The notes beneath the pieces are model-generated. The model was given only the letters and a program-made list of their open reading frames with translations. It was not told the origin of the DNA and searched no databases. Position numbers and translations under genes: made by a program. A DNA stretch of 64,000 bases from Bacteroidales bacterium (GTDB taxonomy: Bacteria > Bacteroidota > Bacteroidia > Bacteroidales > UBA932): NCBI GenBank assembly GCA_045641345.1, contig JAZUGR010000031.1:1789-65788 (forward strand), written 5' to 3'. Positions 44,799 to 53,413 of the stretch are shown here, in pieces. Each line of letters begins with the position of its first letter. Positions within the stretch are counted from its first letter, which is position 1.

Positions 44799-46034
44799 TC
44801 ATCTCAACATCGCGACAACCCTTTCAAGGTTGCCGATGAAGCAGTCTATTTCATCTTTCGTATTGTACGGGAGGAGGGAGGCGCGGAGCATCCCCACTTC
44901 CGAGAATTTGGTTATCAACGGTTCGGCGCACATCAGCCCTGAACGGACCGCTATGCCGGTTTTGTCGAGAATCTGTGCCATATCCGACGGATGGGCGCCT
45001 TCGACGGTAAACGAAAAGACGGGTACCTTGTCGGCGATATCCCCCGTGTTTCCATATAAGTGCAGGCCGTTCACCTTCAGAAGACGCTCCATCATATATT
45101 CCGTCATTTCGCGGTCAGCTTCCTGAACGGAAGGGTCATCCCGGAGGGCGCCGGCAAATTCCAGTGCCGGAGCCAGAGATGCCTGGCCGGCAAAATTCGG
45201 AGTACCGGCTTCATATTTGAGAGGCAATTCGGCATAGGTGGTTCTACCGAAGGAAACACTCTCCACCATATCGCCCCCGCCCATATACGGCGGCATCTCC
45301 TCCAGCAGCGACCTGCGGCCGTAAAGGACCCCGGTTCCGCAGGGAGCATATATCTTGTGGCCGGAAAAAACATAGAAGTCACAATCAAGGTCGGTTACGT
45401 CCACCCGGGTGTGAACCACGCCCTGAGCGCCATCCACGGCCACCGGAATCCCTTTTGAATGGGCTATGGAGACCATTTCCTTGACAGGATTGATGATGCC
45501 GAGAACATTGGAGACCTGCGTGATGGAGACGATTTTCACCCTGTTGTCCAGGAGTTTTTCATATTCCTTTATGGATATCCTGCCGCATTCATCCACCGGA
45601 AGCACGGAGAGTGACGCGCCGATGCTCTGGCAGACCATCTGCCACGGAACGATGTTGGAATGGTGCTCGGCCTCGGTGATCAGGACCTTGTCGCCAGGAG
45701 CGAGATATCTCCTGCCGAAGCAGGATGCCAGCAGGTTGAACGAAGCCGTTGCACCGGAAGTGAAGATCACGGCGCCTTTGGAAGTGTCGACGTTGAGGTA
45801 TTTCTCCACTGCGCTGCGGCCCTGCTCGTAGAGAGCCGTCGCATCCTGGCTCAATTTATGTACGGCCCTGTGTATGTTCGCATTGGAATGCACATATGTT
45901 TCGTTCTGGAAATCGAGGACCTTCTGCGGCCGCTGCGAAGTCGCGGCGTTGTCGAAATATATGAGCCGCTTGCCGTACACCCTTTCGGAAAGGGCCGGGA
46001 ATTGCGAGCGGATATGTTCTTGGATTGTATTCAT
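44799..46034 (-). CDS. sufS: Cysteine desulfurase (class V aminotransferase, SufS type)
   Basis: Trimmed to ATG 46034 (MNTIQEHIRSQFPAL). YFDNAATSQ, PLP lysine SGHKIY, and catalytic Cys RSGLMCAEP. Confidence 0.9.
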   Translation of the reverse strand: MNTIQEHIRSQFPALSERVYGKRLIYFDNAATSQRPQKVLDFQNETYVHSNANIHRAVHKLSQDATALYEQGRSAVEKYLNVDTSKGAVIFTSGATASFNLLASCFGRRYLAPGDKVLITEAEHHSNIVPWQMVCQSIGASLSVLPVDECGRISIKEYEKLLDNRVKIVSITQVSNVLGIINPVKEMVSIAHSKGIPVAVDGAQGVVHTRVDVTDLDCDFYVFSGHKIYAPCGTGVLYGRRSLLEEMPPYMGGGDMVESVSFGRTTYAELPLKYEAGTPNFAGQASLAPALEFAGALRDDPSVQEADREMTEYMMERLLKVNGLHLYGNTGDIADKVPVFSFTVEGAHPSDMAQILDKTGIAVRSGLMCAEPLITKFSEVGMLRASLLPYNTKDEIDCFIGNLERVVAMLR

Positions 46035-46105
46035 ACTGACTTGCGAAGTTAGCAATTTTTGACAAGAAAATGGGTCTGTCCTGCCAACCGACACAAAACA
46101 ATTTT

Positions 46106-46113
46106 TAATTTTG
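46106..46113 (+). promoter_or_regulatory. Candidate -7 box for ruvA
   Basis: TAATTTTG, 16 nt upstream of ATG 46130 (22 nt upstream of ATG 46136). Confidence 0.4.
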
Positions 46114-46129
46114 TGCAAACAATGGATTA

Positions 46130-46726
46130 TTGAATATGTTCGATTACATCAAAGGTAAACTGGTTGAATTGAACCCTGCCGAAGCCGTTGTCGAAACGGG
46201 CGGATTCGGATACAGGATTTCCATCTCTCTGGGCACGTTTACAAAACTGCAGAACGACGGGTCGGAAAGCGTAAAACTTTATCTCTACCACTTCCTGAGG
46301 GAAGACGAAGAGGGTTTCTATGGCTTCTGGGGCAAGGAGGAGCGAGCTCTGTTCCTGCTTCTTATTTCGGTCAGCGGGGTCGGGGCCTCCACCGCACGCA
46401 CCATACTGTCGTCAATGTCGGCCGAAGAGCTGGCCTCCGTAATCTCCGCACAGGACGTAAACAGGCTCAAGAGCGTCAAGGGCATCGGGCTCAAGACGGC
46501 TCAGCGGTTGATTCTGGAGCTCAAGGACAAGGTGGGCACGGCGGCAGCGGGCGCGGCAGACACAGCGGCGGGAGCAGCAGACCCCATCCGCAGCGAAGCG
46601 TCGAGCGCCCTGATTCTTCTCGGATTTGCGCGTCCTGCGGTTGAAAGGGCCATCGATGCCGTCCTGCGGGAGAATCCGTCGTGCAGCATAGAGGATCTCA
46701 TCAAAAAATCACTTAAGATTTTATAG
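46130..46726 (+). CDS. ruvA: Holliday junction branch migration complex subunit RuvA
   Basis: 198 aa. (MN)MFDYIKGKL start, HhH motifs (VSGVGASTARTILS, VKGIGLKTAQRLILELKDK). The alternative start is ATG 46136. Confidence 0.9.
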   Translation: MNMFDYIKGKLVELNPAEAVVETGGFGYRISISLGTFTKLQNDGSESVKLYLYHFLREDEEGFYGFWGKEERALFLLLISVSGVGASTARTILSSMSAEELASVISAQDVNRLKSVKGIGLKTAQRLILELKDKVGTAAAGAADTAAGAADPIRSEASSALILLGFARPAVERAIDAVLRENPSCSIEDLIKKSLKIL

Positions 46727-46740
46727 TCGGAATTATTTTG

Positions 46741-46748
46741 TATTTTTG
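46741..46748 (+). promoter_or_regulatory. Candidate -7 box for gcvH
   Basis: TATTTTTG, 29 nt upstream of ATG 46778. Confidence 0.4.
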
Positions 46749-46777
46749 CGCCTATAATTGTTTAAAAACAGACTACC

Positions 46778-47152
46778 ATGAACATTCCTGAAGGACTGAA
46801 GTACACCAATGACCACGAGTGGATCAAAATCGAAGGCGACAGCGCAACCGTAGGTATCACCGATTTTGCACAGAGCGAGCTTGGAGACATTGTTTTCGTT
46901 GACTGCCAGACAAAAGGCGAAACCCTTGGCAAGGGTGAGGTATTTGGAACCATCGAGGCGGTCAAAACCGTGGCCGACGCCCTCATGCCGGTAAGCGGAG
47001 AGGTTGTTGATGTGAACATCGACCTTGAGAGCGCTCCCGAACTGGTAAACAACGATCCATACGGAAAGGGCTGGATGATCAAAATCAAGATTTCTAACGC
47101 TGCCGAAACAGCAGACCTCCTTTCTGCCGAGCAATACAAGGCTTTGGTATAA
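46778..47152 (+). CDS. gcvH: Glycine cleavage system protein H
   Basis: 124 aa. YTNDHEWI block and lipoyl-lysine context IEAVKTVAD. Confidence 0.92.
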   Translation: MNIPEGLKYTNDHEWIKIEGDSATVGITDFAQSELGDIVFVDCQTKGETLGKGEVFGTIEAVKTVADALMPVSGEVVDVNIDLESAPELVNNDPYGKGWMIKIKISNAAETADLLSAEQYKALV

Positions 47153-47164
47153 CGTTTCTCTGCA

Positions 47165-48940
47165 ATGGAATGCCTGAGAACGTTCGACTACCTTGAGAAT
47201 CTCCGCCAATTCGCCCCGAAAGACGACATTCTCGCGAGAAAAGTTCAAGGCAGGTGGATAAGGTATAGCATTGACCAGTACATTGAATATTCCACTCTCA
47301 CGGCCTATGCGCTGTTGTCTTTGGGATATACAGAAGGTACCAAGATAATCTCGCTCTGCAACAACAGGCCGGAATGGAACTTCCTGGATATGGGATCCGC
47401 TCTGGCCCATATGATTCATATCCCGATTTACAGCACATTGAGTGCGGAGGAATACCTCTTCATATTCAACCATTCAGATGCAGAGGTCATTGTTGTAGGG
47501 AACAGGAACTTCTATAAGAAGATTGCGCCGGTGATCGAACAGATGGATCGCCAGGTGAAGGTCATCATGATGGATGATTCCGATGAAATTCTCTGTTTTT
47601 CAAAGCTTTACGAGATTGGGCGGCAAAATGCGGACAAATTCAGGCCAATCATTGAGAACAACAAGAAATCCATCAGCCCCGATGATATAGTCAGCATCAT
47701 CTATACTTCCGGGACAACCGGTACCCCAAAGGGAGTGATGCTGTCTCATCGGAACTTTACGTTCGACACACACGCTCACGCCGTAAGGCAAACCCGGAAC
47801 AGCTCTCACAAAATGCTGAGCTTCCTTCCCCTATGCCACGTGTACGAACGTACGATGAACTACGAGTATCAGGAACTCGGTATCAGCATCTACTACGCAG
47901 AGGGCCTTGCAACCATTGCAACCGATCTGGCCGACTGCAAGGCCGACGGATTCTGCTCCGTCCCCAGAGTCCTCGATATGATGTATGGCAAACTTGATGC
48001 TGCCGGCAAAAAGCTTGGAGGCATCAAGCGCCTGATATATCTTATGGCGTGGCATTTTGCCAATAATTACGACAACGAAAACAATGGGTGTTTCTACCTT
48101 TGGAGGCAGAAGGTTTACGACCGTCTCGTGTATAAAAAATGGCGGGACAATCTCGGTGGGAAAGAAATGCTGATAGTTTCGGGAGGCTCATCAATCCAGG
48201 CCAAGATTGTCAAGACATTCAACGCGGCCAAACTCCATATCTTCGAAGGGTACGGAATGACCGAAGCCTCGCCCGTCATTGCCGTAAACAGCCCGGCGGA
48301 GGGCATCAATGTAATCGGAACCGTCGGGAAACCGATAGGGGGCACCGAAATCAAATTCGGTGACGATGGAGAAATTCTGGTCAGAGGCCCCCACGTGATG
48401 CACGGTTATTACAAGAATCCCGAAGCAACCGCCGAGGCTATCGACGAAGACGGGTGGTTGCATACCGGCGACATCGGAAGTTTCGTAAAAGACGGCTGTC
48501 TCAAAATCACAGACAGAAAGAAGGAGATATTCAAGCTGTCTTCCGGCAAATACATAACCCCTCAAGCCATCGAGACATCTCTGAAAGAGGCCAAGTATAT
48601 TGACAACTGCATCGTTGTCGGAGAAAACCAAAAGCTTGCAGCGGCAATAATCGTTCCTGACAAGGAAGCTTTGGTAGGCTATGCCAAACGGCACCATCTG
48701 GCATATAAGGACATCGATGACCTGATTGGCAGCGACCAGGTCTATCGTCGCATAAAGCGCGAAATCGAGGCTGTCAACAGCAAGTTGGCACCGTACGAAA
48801 ACATCAAGAAATTCAGACTGGTGAATGACGAGTGGTCCGTAGCCAACGGCCTGCTCTCACAGACACTCAAACTCAAGCGCAAGAACCTTATTGCAAAATA
48901 CAAGAATCTGATCGACGAGATTTTTCAGACCGCACAATAA
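47165..48940 (+). CDS. Long-chain-fatty-acid--CoA ligase (AMP-forming acyl-CoA synthetase family)
   Basis: 591 aa. AMP-binding motif IIYTSGTTGTPKGVMLSHRN, plus the EGYGMTE, GWLHTGDIG and DRKKEIFKLS blocks. Confidence 0.88.
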   Translation: MECLRTFDYLENLRQFAPKDDILARKVQGRWIRYSIDQYIEYSTLTAYALLSLGYTEGTKIISLCNNRPEWNFLDMGSALAHMIHIPIYSTLSAEEYLFIFNHSDAEVIVVGNRNFYKKIAPVIEQMDRQVKVIMMDDSDEILCFSKLYEIGRQNADKFRPIIENNKKSISPDDIVSIIYTSGTTGTPKGVMLSHRNFTFDTHAHAVRQTRNSSHKMLSFLPLCHVYERTMNYEYQELGISIYYAEGLATIATDLADCKADGFCSVPRVLDMMYGKLDAAGKKLGGIKRLIYLMAWHFANNYDNENNGCFYLWRQKVYDRLVYKKWRDNLGGKEMLIVSGGSSIQAKIVKTFNAAKLHIFEGYGMTEASPVIAVNSPAEGINVIGTVGKPIGGTEIKFGDDGEILVRGPHVMHGYYKNPEATAEAIDEDGWLHTGDIGSFVKDGCLKITDRKKEIFKLSSGKYITPQAIETSLKEAKYIDNCIVVGENQKLAAAIIVPDKEALVGYAKRHHLAYKDIDDLIGSDQVYRRIKREIEAVNSKLAPYENIKKFRLVNDEWSVANGLLSQTLKLKRKNLIAKYKNLIDEIFQTAQ

Positions 48941-48944
48941 CCGG

Positions 48945-48962
48945 ATGTTCCACGTGGAACAT
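48945..48962. repeat. Perfect 18-nt palindrome ATGTTCCACGTGGAACAT (copy 1)
   Basis: It fills the 21-nt spacer between convergent stops (TAA 48938-40 and TGA 48962-64 on the minus strand). An identical 18-mer recurs at 49312-49329. Confidence 0.95.
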
Positions 48963-50905
48963 CATCTCCCAAAATAGACCAGCAGAACGGATATGTCGGC
49001 AGGAGACACCCCTGAAATGCGCGAAGCTTGAGCAATGGTTGCCGGCCTGTACCTGTCCAGTTTTATTCGGCACTCCATAGAGAGGGCCGAAATTTTTTTA
49101 AAGTCAAAGCCCTCTGGAATCCTCAAGTTTTCAAGGCGGACTATCTTCTCGGCCGCCCTGTTCTCGCGCTCTATATACCCCTTGTACTTGATGGCGGTTT
49201 CTGCGGCGGCTATCACCTCTTTCCACAAGTCATCGTTTCCGAAACAATCACCATCCCCGGGCTCGGCGACCGACATCAGCTCGTTGCGTACGGAAGCGGT
49301 TTCCTCTTCGAATGTTCCACGTGGAACATTCTTCAAAATATCGGAAAAAGAGGTGTTGGGCCGGAGGAGAATATCAGAAAACCTTCTGGGCTCTGTCAGC
49401 GGCGAAGACCCCGTTTGCTCAAGATATCCGTTAATATCACGGGCTGTCAGAGGGCAATTGTCTGCAAAATCCACACAGGCTTCGACAGCCGCATACTTTC
49501 TTTGGGTAAATCGCAGCCTGTAATCCGATGCCAAGCCTATTGAATGGGATTTCTCAGTAAGCCTGGCGTCGGCATTATCCTGTCGGAGAAGGATGCGATA
49601 CTCGGCACGGGAAGTGAACATCCTATAAGGTTCGTCAACACCCTTTGTCACCAGATCGTCTATGAGAACCCCGATATAGGCCTCATCACGGCGCAAAACG
49701 AAAGGTTCCTTGCCCCTGCATTTGTTGTGAGCGTTGATTCCGGCCATCAAACCCTGTGCGGCAGCCTCTTCATAACCGGTGGTCCCGTTTATCTGCCCGG
49801 CCATGAAAAGACCCTGTATTATCTTTGACTCCAGACTGGCGAACAGTTGCGTTGGATTGAAGAAATCGTATTCGACCGCGTATGCCGGCCTGAATACGAC
49901 GGCATTTTCAAATCCCTTGATTTTTCGCAGAGCCGCCAATTGGATGTCAAGCGGGAGAGATGACGAGAAGCCTTGAAGATAGTATTCGTTGGTGTTCCAC
50001 CCTTCAGGCTCAAGAAAGAGCTGGTGCGAATCCTTTCCGGCAAAGGTCTTCAGTTTGTCTTCGATTGATGGACAATACCTCGGTCCGATTCCTGTGATTG
50101 CGCCTGTAAAGAGAGGCGAATCTTTGAACCCGCCCTCAAGAATGGAATGAACCCCGCTGTTTGTATGGGCGATATAACAAACTTTTTGCTTGGCAGCCGA
50201 CTTTATCGCAGAGCCGCAGGGAAGGTATGAGAATTTTTCCGGATCGACATCCCCTTCCTGCACCTGAAGGACGGACGTGTCTATCGAGCGGATGTCTATT
50301 CTCGGAGGTGTTCCCGTTTTCATCCGGCCGGACTCGCAGCCGAAAGAGGCGAGTTGCTCCGTCAAACCTTTTGAAGATAGCTCGCCGATTCTTCCACCCT
50401 CCGCCGTCTGGTGACCGATGAACAACCGTCCGTTCAAGAACGTTCCGGCAGTCAGAATCACCGTTTGAGATTCAAATTCCGCCCCCATTGATACGCGCAC
50501 GCCGCAAATATGCGATTCTCGCACAATCAACTCCGTCACAAAATCCTGCCAAATATCTAAGTTACATGTGTTTTCGAGTATATTTCGCCATGTGAGAGAA
50601 AATTTGATTTTATCACATTGCGCTCTTGGGCTCCACATGGCTGGGCCTTTCGATCTGTTAAGCATCCTGAATTGTATGGTCGATGCGTCCGTAACCAGGC
50701 CCATATATCCGCCAAGGGCATCTATTTCTCTGACTATCTGACCTTTTGCTATTCCCCCAACAGCAGGATTGCACGACATCTGTGCCATCTTGTTCATATC
50801 CATGGTTATCAGAAGAACCTTGGATCCGAGTTTTGCGGCAGCAGCGGCAGCCTCACAACCCGCATGCCCGGCACCGACGACAATTACATCATAGAGAGCT
50901 GTCAT
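48962..50905 (-). CDS. mnmG: tRNA uridine 5-carboxymethylaminomethyl modification enzyme MnmG
   Basis: 647 aa. FAD motif VIVVGAGHAGCEAA, plus the GTTGYEEAAAQG and C-terminal ISGVSPADISVLLVY blocks. Confidence 0.95.
   Translation of the reverse strand: MTALYDVIVVGAGHAGCEAAAAAAKLGSKVLLITMDMNKMAQMSCNPAVGGIAKGQIVREIDALGGYMGLVTDASTIQFRMLNRSKGPAMWSPRAQCDKIKFSLTWRNILENTCNLDIWQDFVTELIVRESHICGVRVSMGAEFESQTVILTAGTFLNGRLFIGHQTAEGGRIGELSSKGLTEQLASFGCESGRMKTGTPPRIDIRSIDTSVLQVQEGDVDPEKFSYLPCGSAIKSAAKQKVCYIAHTNSGVHSILEGGFKDSPLFTGAITGIGPRYCPSIEDKLKTFAGKDSHQLFLEPEGWNTNEYYLQGFSSSLPLDIQLAALRKIKGFENAVVFRPAYAVEYDFFNPTQLFASLESKIIQGLFMAGQINGTTGYEEAAAQGLMAGINAHNKCRGKEPFVLRRDEAYIGVLIDDLVTKGVDEPYRMFTSRAEYRILLRQDNADARLTEKSHSIGLASDYRLRFTQRKYAAVEACVDFADNCPLTARDINGYLEQTGSSPLTEPRRFSDILLRPNTSFSDILKNVPRGTFEEETASVRNELMSVAEPGDGDCFGNDDLWKEVIAAAETAIKYKGYIERENRAAEKIVRLENLRIPEGFDFKKISALSMECRIKLDRYRPATIAQASRISGVSPADISVLLVYFGR
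49310..49331. repeat. Perfect 22-nt palindrome GAATGTTCCACGTGGAACATTC (copy 2, inside mnmG)
   Basis: It contains the same 18-mer as 48945-48962 and encodes NVPRGTF of MnmG on the minus strand. Confidence 0.95.
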
Positions 50906-51347
50906 CCTTCAAACGAAAATATAGGTCCAGGGCCGAGTTTTCCTGCTGCCTCATCTGCTGCGACAATTTTTTGCTGGTATCGTCATACCCTATCAGATGA
51001 AGCAGTCCGTGAACTATCACACGGTGCAGCTCACGTTCCATCCCTTCGCCATATTCTTTTGCATTGGCCCGGACGGTATCGATGCTTATGAAGATATCTC
51101 CGGAAACGTTTTCCTTTCCGAAAGCCGACAGGTAGTCTTCCGAGCTGTCAAAAGTAATGATGTCGGTGTAATAGTCGTGTCCCAGAAAGCGTTTGTTTAT
51201 GTCGAGCAGATAGCTGTCGCTGCAAAAAATATAGTTCAATTCTCCGACAGTACGGCTGTTTTCAGAAGCTATCCGTTTCAACCATTTGGCAATCAAACGT
51301 TTGTTTTTCAGCTTAAAAGAGGTCTCTTCAACGAAATAATGAATCAT
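50889..51347 (-). CDS. ybeY: rRNA maturation endoribonuclease YbeY
   Basis: 152 aa. Zinc motif HGLLHLIGYDD. Overlaps the mnmG start by 17 nt. Confidence 0.9.
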   Translation of the reverse strand: MIHYFVEETSFKLKNKRLIAKWLKRIASENSRTVGELNYIFCSDSYLLDINKRFLGHDYYTDIITFDSSEDYLSAFGKENVSGDIFISIDTVRANAKEYGEGMERELHRVIVHGLLHLIGYDDTSKKLSQQMRQQENSALDLYFRLKDDSSL

Positions 51348-51424
51348 AGCCCTGCAAAAGTACTAAATAGTGTATGACATTGGAAAGTTTTCAACAAAAT
51401 ATTGTGGAAAACAAATTTTCTTCA

Positions 51425-51432
51425 TAATTTTG
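51425..51432 (+). promoter_or_regulatory. Candidate -7 box for the tonB-family gene
   Basis: TAATTTTG, 38 nt upstream of ATG 51471. Confidence 0.4.
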
Positions 51433-51470
51433 TAGGGTATATAAGTATAGGGCAAAAAATACTCTAATAT

Positions 51471-52163
51471 ATGGAAATCAAAAAATCCCCTAAAGCGGAT
51501 CTCGAGAACAAAAAACTGTTGTTCCGTGAAGTCGGCCTTGTTGCAGTTCTGGCCATTGTTCTCCTCGCTTTTGAATGGTCAACCTCTGAAAAACAAGAAC
51601 TTGTAGAACTTACAGCCCAGGCTGTGGAAGTCGAGGATGAGATTGTAATCAATACTCAGGAGCAGCAGGAGCTTCCTCCCGAGATGCCTAAGATTCCCGT
51701 TCTGTCCGATGTGATCGACATCGTCGATGATGATATCGATATCAAAGACGACCTTATCGTCAACCTGGAAGACAACAAAAATATGGGTGTCGCCATCATC
51801 GACTATGTGGCAGAGGTCGCTGAAGAGGTTGTAGAGGAAGAAGCTATCCCCTTCGCTTTGGTGGAGGAGAAACCCTCGTTCCAGGGTGGGGATGCAAACA
51901 CTTTTTCAAAGTGGGTCATGAGCAGGATAGTCTATCCTGAAATTGCCAAGGAAAACGGCGTTCAGGGTCGTGTTACACTCCAGTTCACCGTAAAGACCGA
52001 CGGAACAGTAAGTGACGTGAAGGTACTTCGTGGAGTTGACCCTTCTCTTGACAAGGAGGCCGTTCGCGTAGTTGCAAGCAGCCCCAAGTGGAAACCCGGC
52101 AAGCAGAGGGAAAGATCGGTTCCCGTAACCTACACCTTCCCCGTTATTTTCCAGTTGAGGTAA
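51471..52163 (+). CDS. Energy transducer TonB family protein
   Basis: 230 aa. N-terminal TM anchor, acidic/Pro linker and a TonB C-terminal domain (PSFQGGD...YPEIAKENGVQGRVTLQFTV...GTVSDVKVLRGVDPSLDKEA). Confidence 0.85.
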   Translation: MEIKKSPKADLENKKLLFREVGLVAVLAIVLLAFEWSTSEKQELVELTAQAVEVEDEIVINTQEQQELPPEMPKIPVLSDVIDIVDDDIDIKDDLIVNLEDNKNMGVAIIDYVAEVAEEVVEEEAIPFALVEEKPSFQGGDANTFSKWVMSRIVYPEIAKENGVQGRVTLQFTVKTDGTVSDVKVLRGVDPSLDKEAVRVVASSPKWKPGKQRERSVPVTYTFPVIFQLR

Positions 52164-52166
52164 ATC

Positions 52167-53297
52167 CTATTCCAATATAGGTTTCTTCATAAGCTCTACC
52201 ACCTCAGGGATCGGTAGAGCTTTTACTTTATAGCCCCTGTATCCCTCCATATCTTCGGCCGCGAACAGTGAGTTCCACAAAGCCTCTTCGGTTGCTTCCA
52301 AAGCTGCTTCAAACAAAGGTGACATCGACTTGTTGTGCAAGAGTGTGGGGAAGTAATATGGAGTGTCCTCATCGATGAGATTGTCGTGATAGACGGATAC
52401 TGCAACACAGTAATCACCGCTGCCGTTGGTGGCAAACGAGCCGGTTTTGGCAAGACCCATGAAGACGCGCTTTGCCAGACGGTTCAAACCTCTGGCATCA
52501 AGAGGAGCGTCAGTAAGAAGAACCATCATACAGGAACCGTCAGGTTGTTCATCCTTTTCCTTGAGAACCTTGTTCTTGTAAGTATAATGGTTCATTAGTT
52601 TGCCTACGGGAGCTCCGTTGATTTCAAGGATTCCGCTGTAATTTGTCTGAACGAGAACGCCTACTGTATATCCGCCGAGAGACTCCGGAAGCACCCTGGA
52701 TGACGTTCCTATCCCACCCTTGAAATCAAAGCAAAGTGTCCCAGTGCCTGCACCTACACAACCCTCTTCGACAGGACCTCCCTTTGCTGAATATATTGCT
52801 TTCAAAACATCCTTCTGTGTAACCCTGCGTGCTGCTATATCGTTGAGTTGACTGTCGTTTGTCTCCCCTACAAAAGAATTTACGGAACGTATATTGTTTC
52901 TCCCGTTCTGTTCGAGTGTATATGTAATGATTCCCTCTATTGCCTGTGCAACTGAAAAGGTATTGGTAAGTACAATAGGTGTTTCGATGTTTCCAAGTTC
53001 TTCGACCTGAGTATAACCTGCCATTTTTCCGTACCCGTTTCCGACAAAGACTGCGGCAGGACATTTTTTCTTGTATAAATTACCATCATGCGGTATTATC
53101 GCAGTAACTCCTGTTCTTATATCCGTTCCTTCCTTTATTGTAACGTGACCTACCTTTACTCCGCTTACATCCGTTATAGCGTTATAACGGCCTGTCTCAA
53201 ATATGCCCGGGCAAATTCCGTAATCACGGAGCCTTCCTTTTGAAAAACACAATGTGACAGAGAGAAGAATCAAACTGAAGGATAATAATTTTTTCAT
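52167..53297 (-). CDS. P1 family peptidase (S58, DmpA/BapA-like aminopeptidase), exported
   Basis: Trimmed to ATG 53297 (MKKLLSFSLILLSVTLCFS). VGAGTGTLCFDFKGGIGTSS and MMVLLTDAPLDARGLNRLAKR blocks as in the DmpA/S58 family. Confidence 0.7.
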   Translation of the reverse strand: MKKLLSFSLILLSVTLCFSKGRLRDYGICPGIFETGRYNAITDVSGVKVGHVTIKEGTDIRTGVTAIIPHDGNLYKKKCPAAVFVGNGYGKMAGYTQVEELGNIETPIVLTNTFSVAQAIEGIITYTLEQNGRNNIRSVNSFVGETNDSQLNDIAARRVTQKDVLKAIYSAKGGPVEEGCVGAGTGTLCFDFKGGIGTSSRVLPESLGGYTVGVLVQTNYSGILEINGAPVGKLMNHYTYKNKVLKEKDEQPDGSCMMVLLTDAPLDARGLNRLAKRVFMGLAKTGSFATNGSGDYCVAVSVYHDNLIDEDTPYYFPTLLHNKSMSPLFEAALEATEEALWNSLFAAEDMEGYRGYKVKALPIPEVVELMKKPILE

Positions 53298-53322
53298 GGA
53301 AATATAACTGTTGAGACAAATA

Positions 53323-53330
53323 CAAAGATA
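53323..53330 (-). promoter_or_regulatory. Candidate -7 box for the S58 peptidase gene
   Basis: The minus strand reads TATCTTTG, 25 nt upstream of ATG 53297. Confidence 0.4.
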
Positions 53331-53335
53331 GTTTC

Positions 53336-53343
53336 TAATTTTG
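53336..53343 (+). promoter_or_regulatory. Candidate -7 box for hflX
   Basis: TAATTTTG, 70 nt upstream of ATG 53414. Confidence 0.35.
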
Positions 53344-53413
53344 TAAAAAATAGTCACGGATTATTTTTTAGTATAAAAATTGAAGTCAATCATTTCAAAA
53401 CAGATCTAAGCAT

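Noticed and set aside
48962-49312. Invertible DNA switch bounded by the two palindromes.
   Set aside because: No recombinase or invertase gene is nearby. The enclosed segment is the coding 3' end of an essential-type gene (mnmG), and inversion would destroy it. I kept this only as one hypothesis within the palindrome finding.
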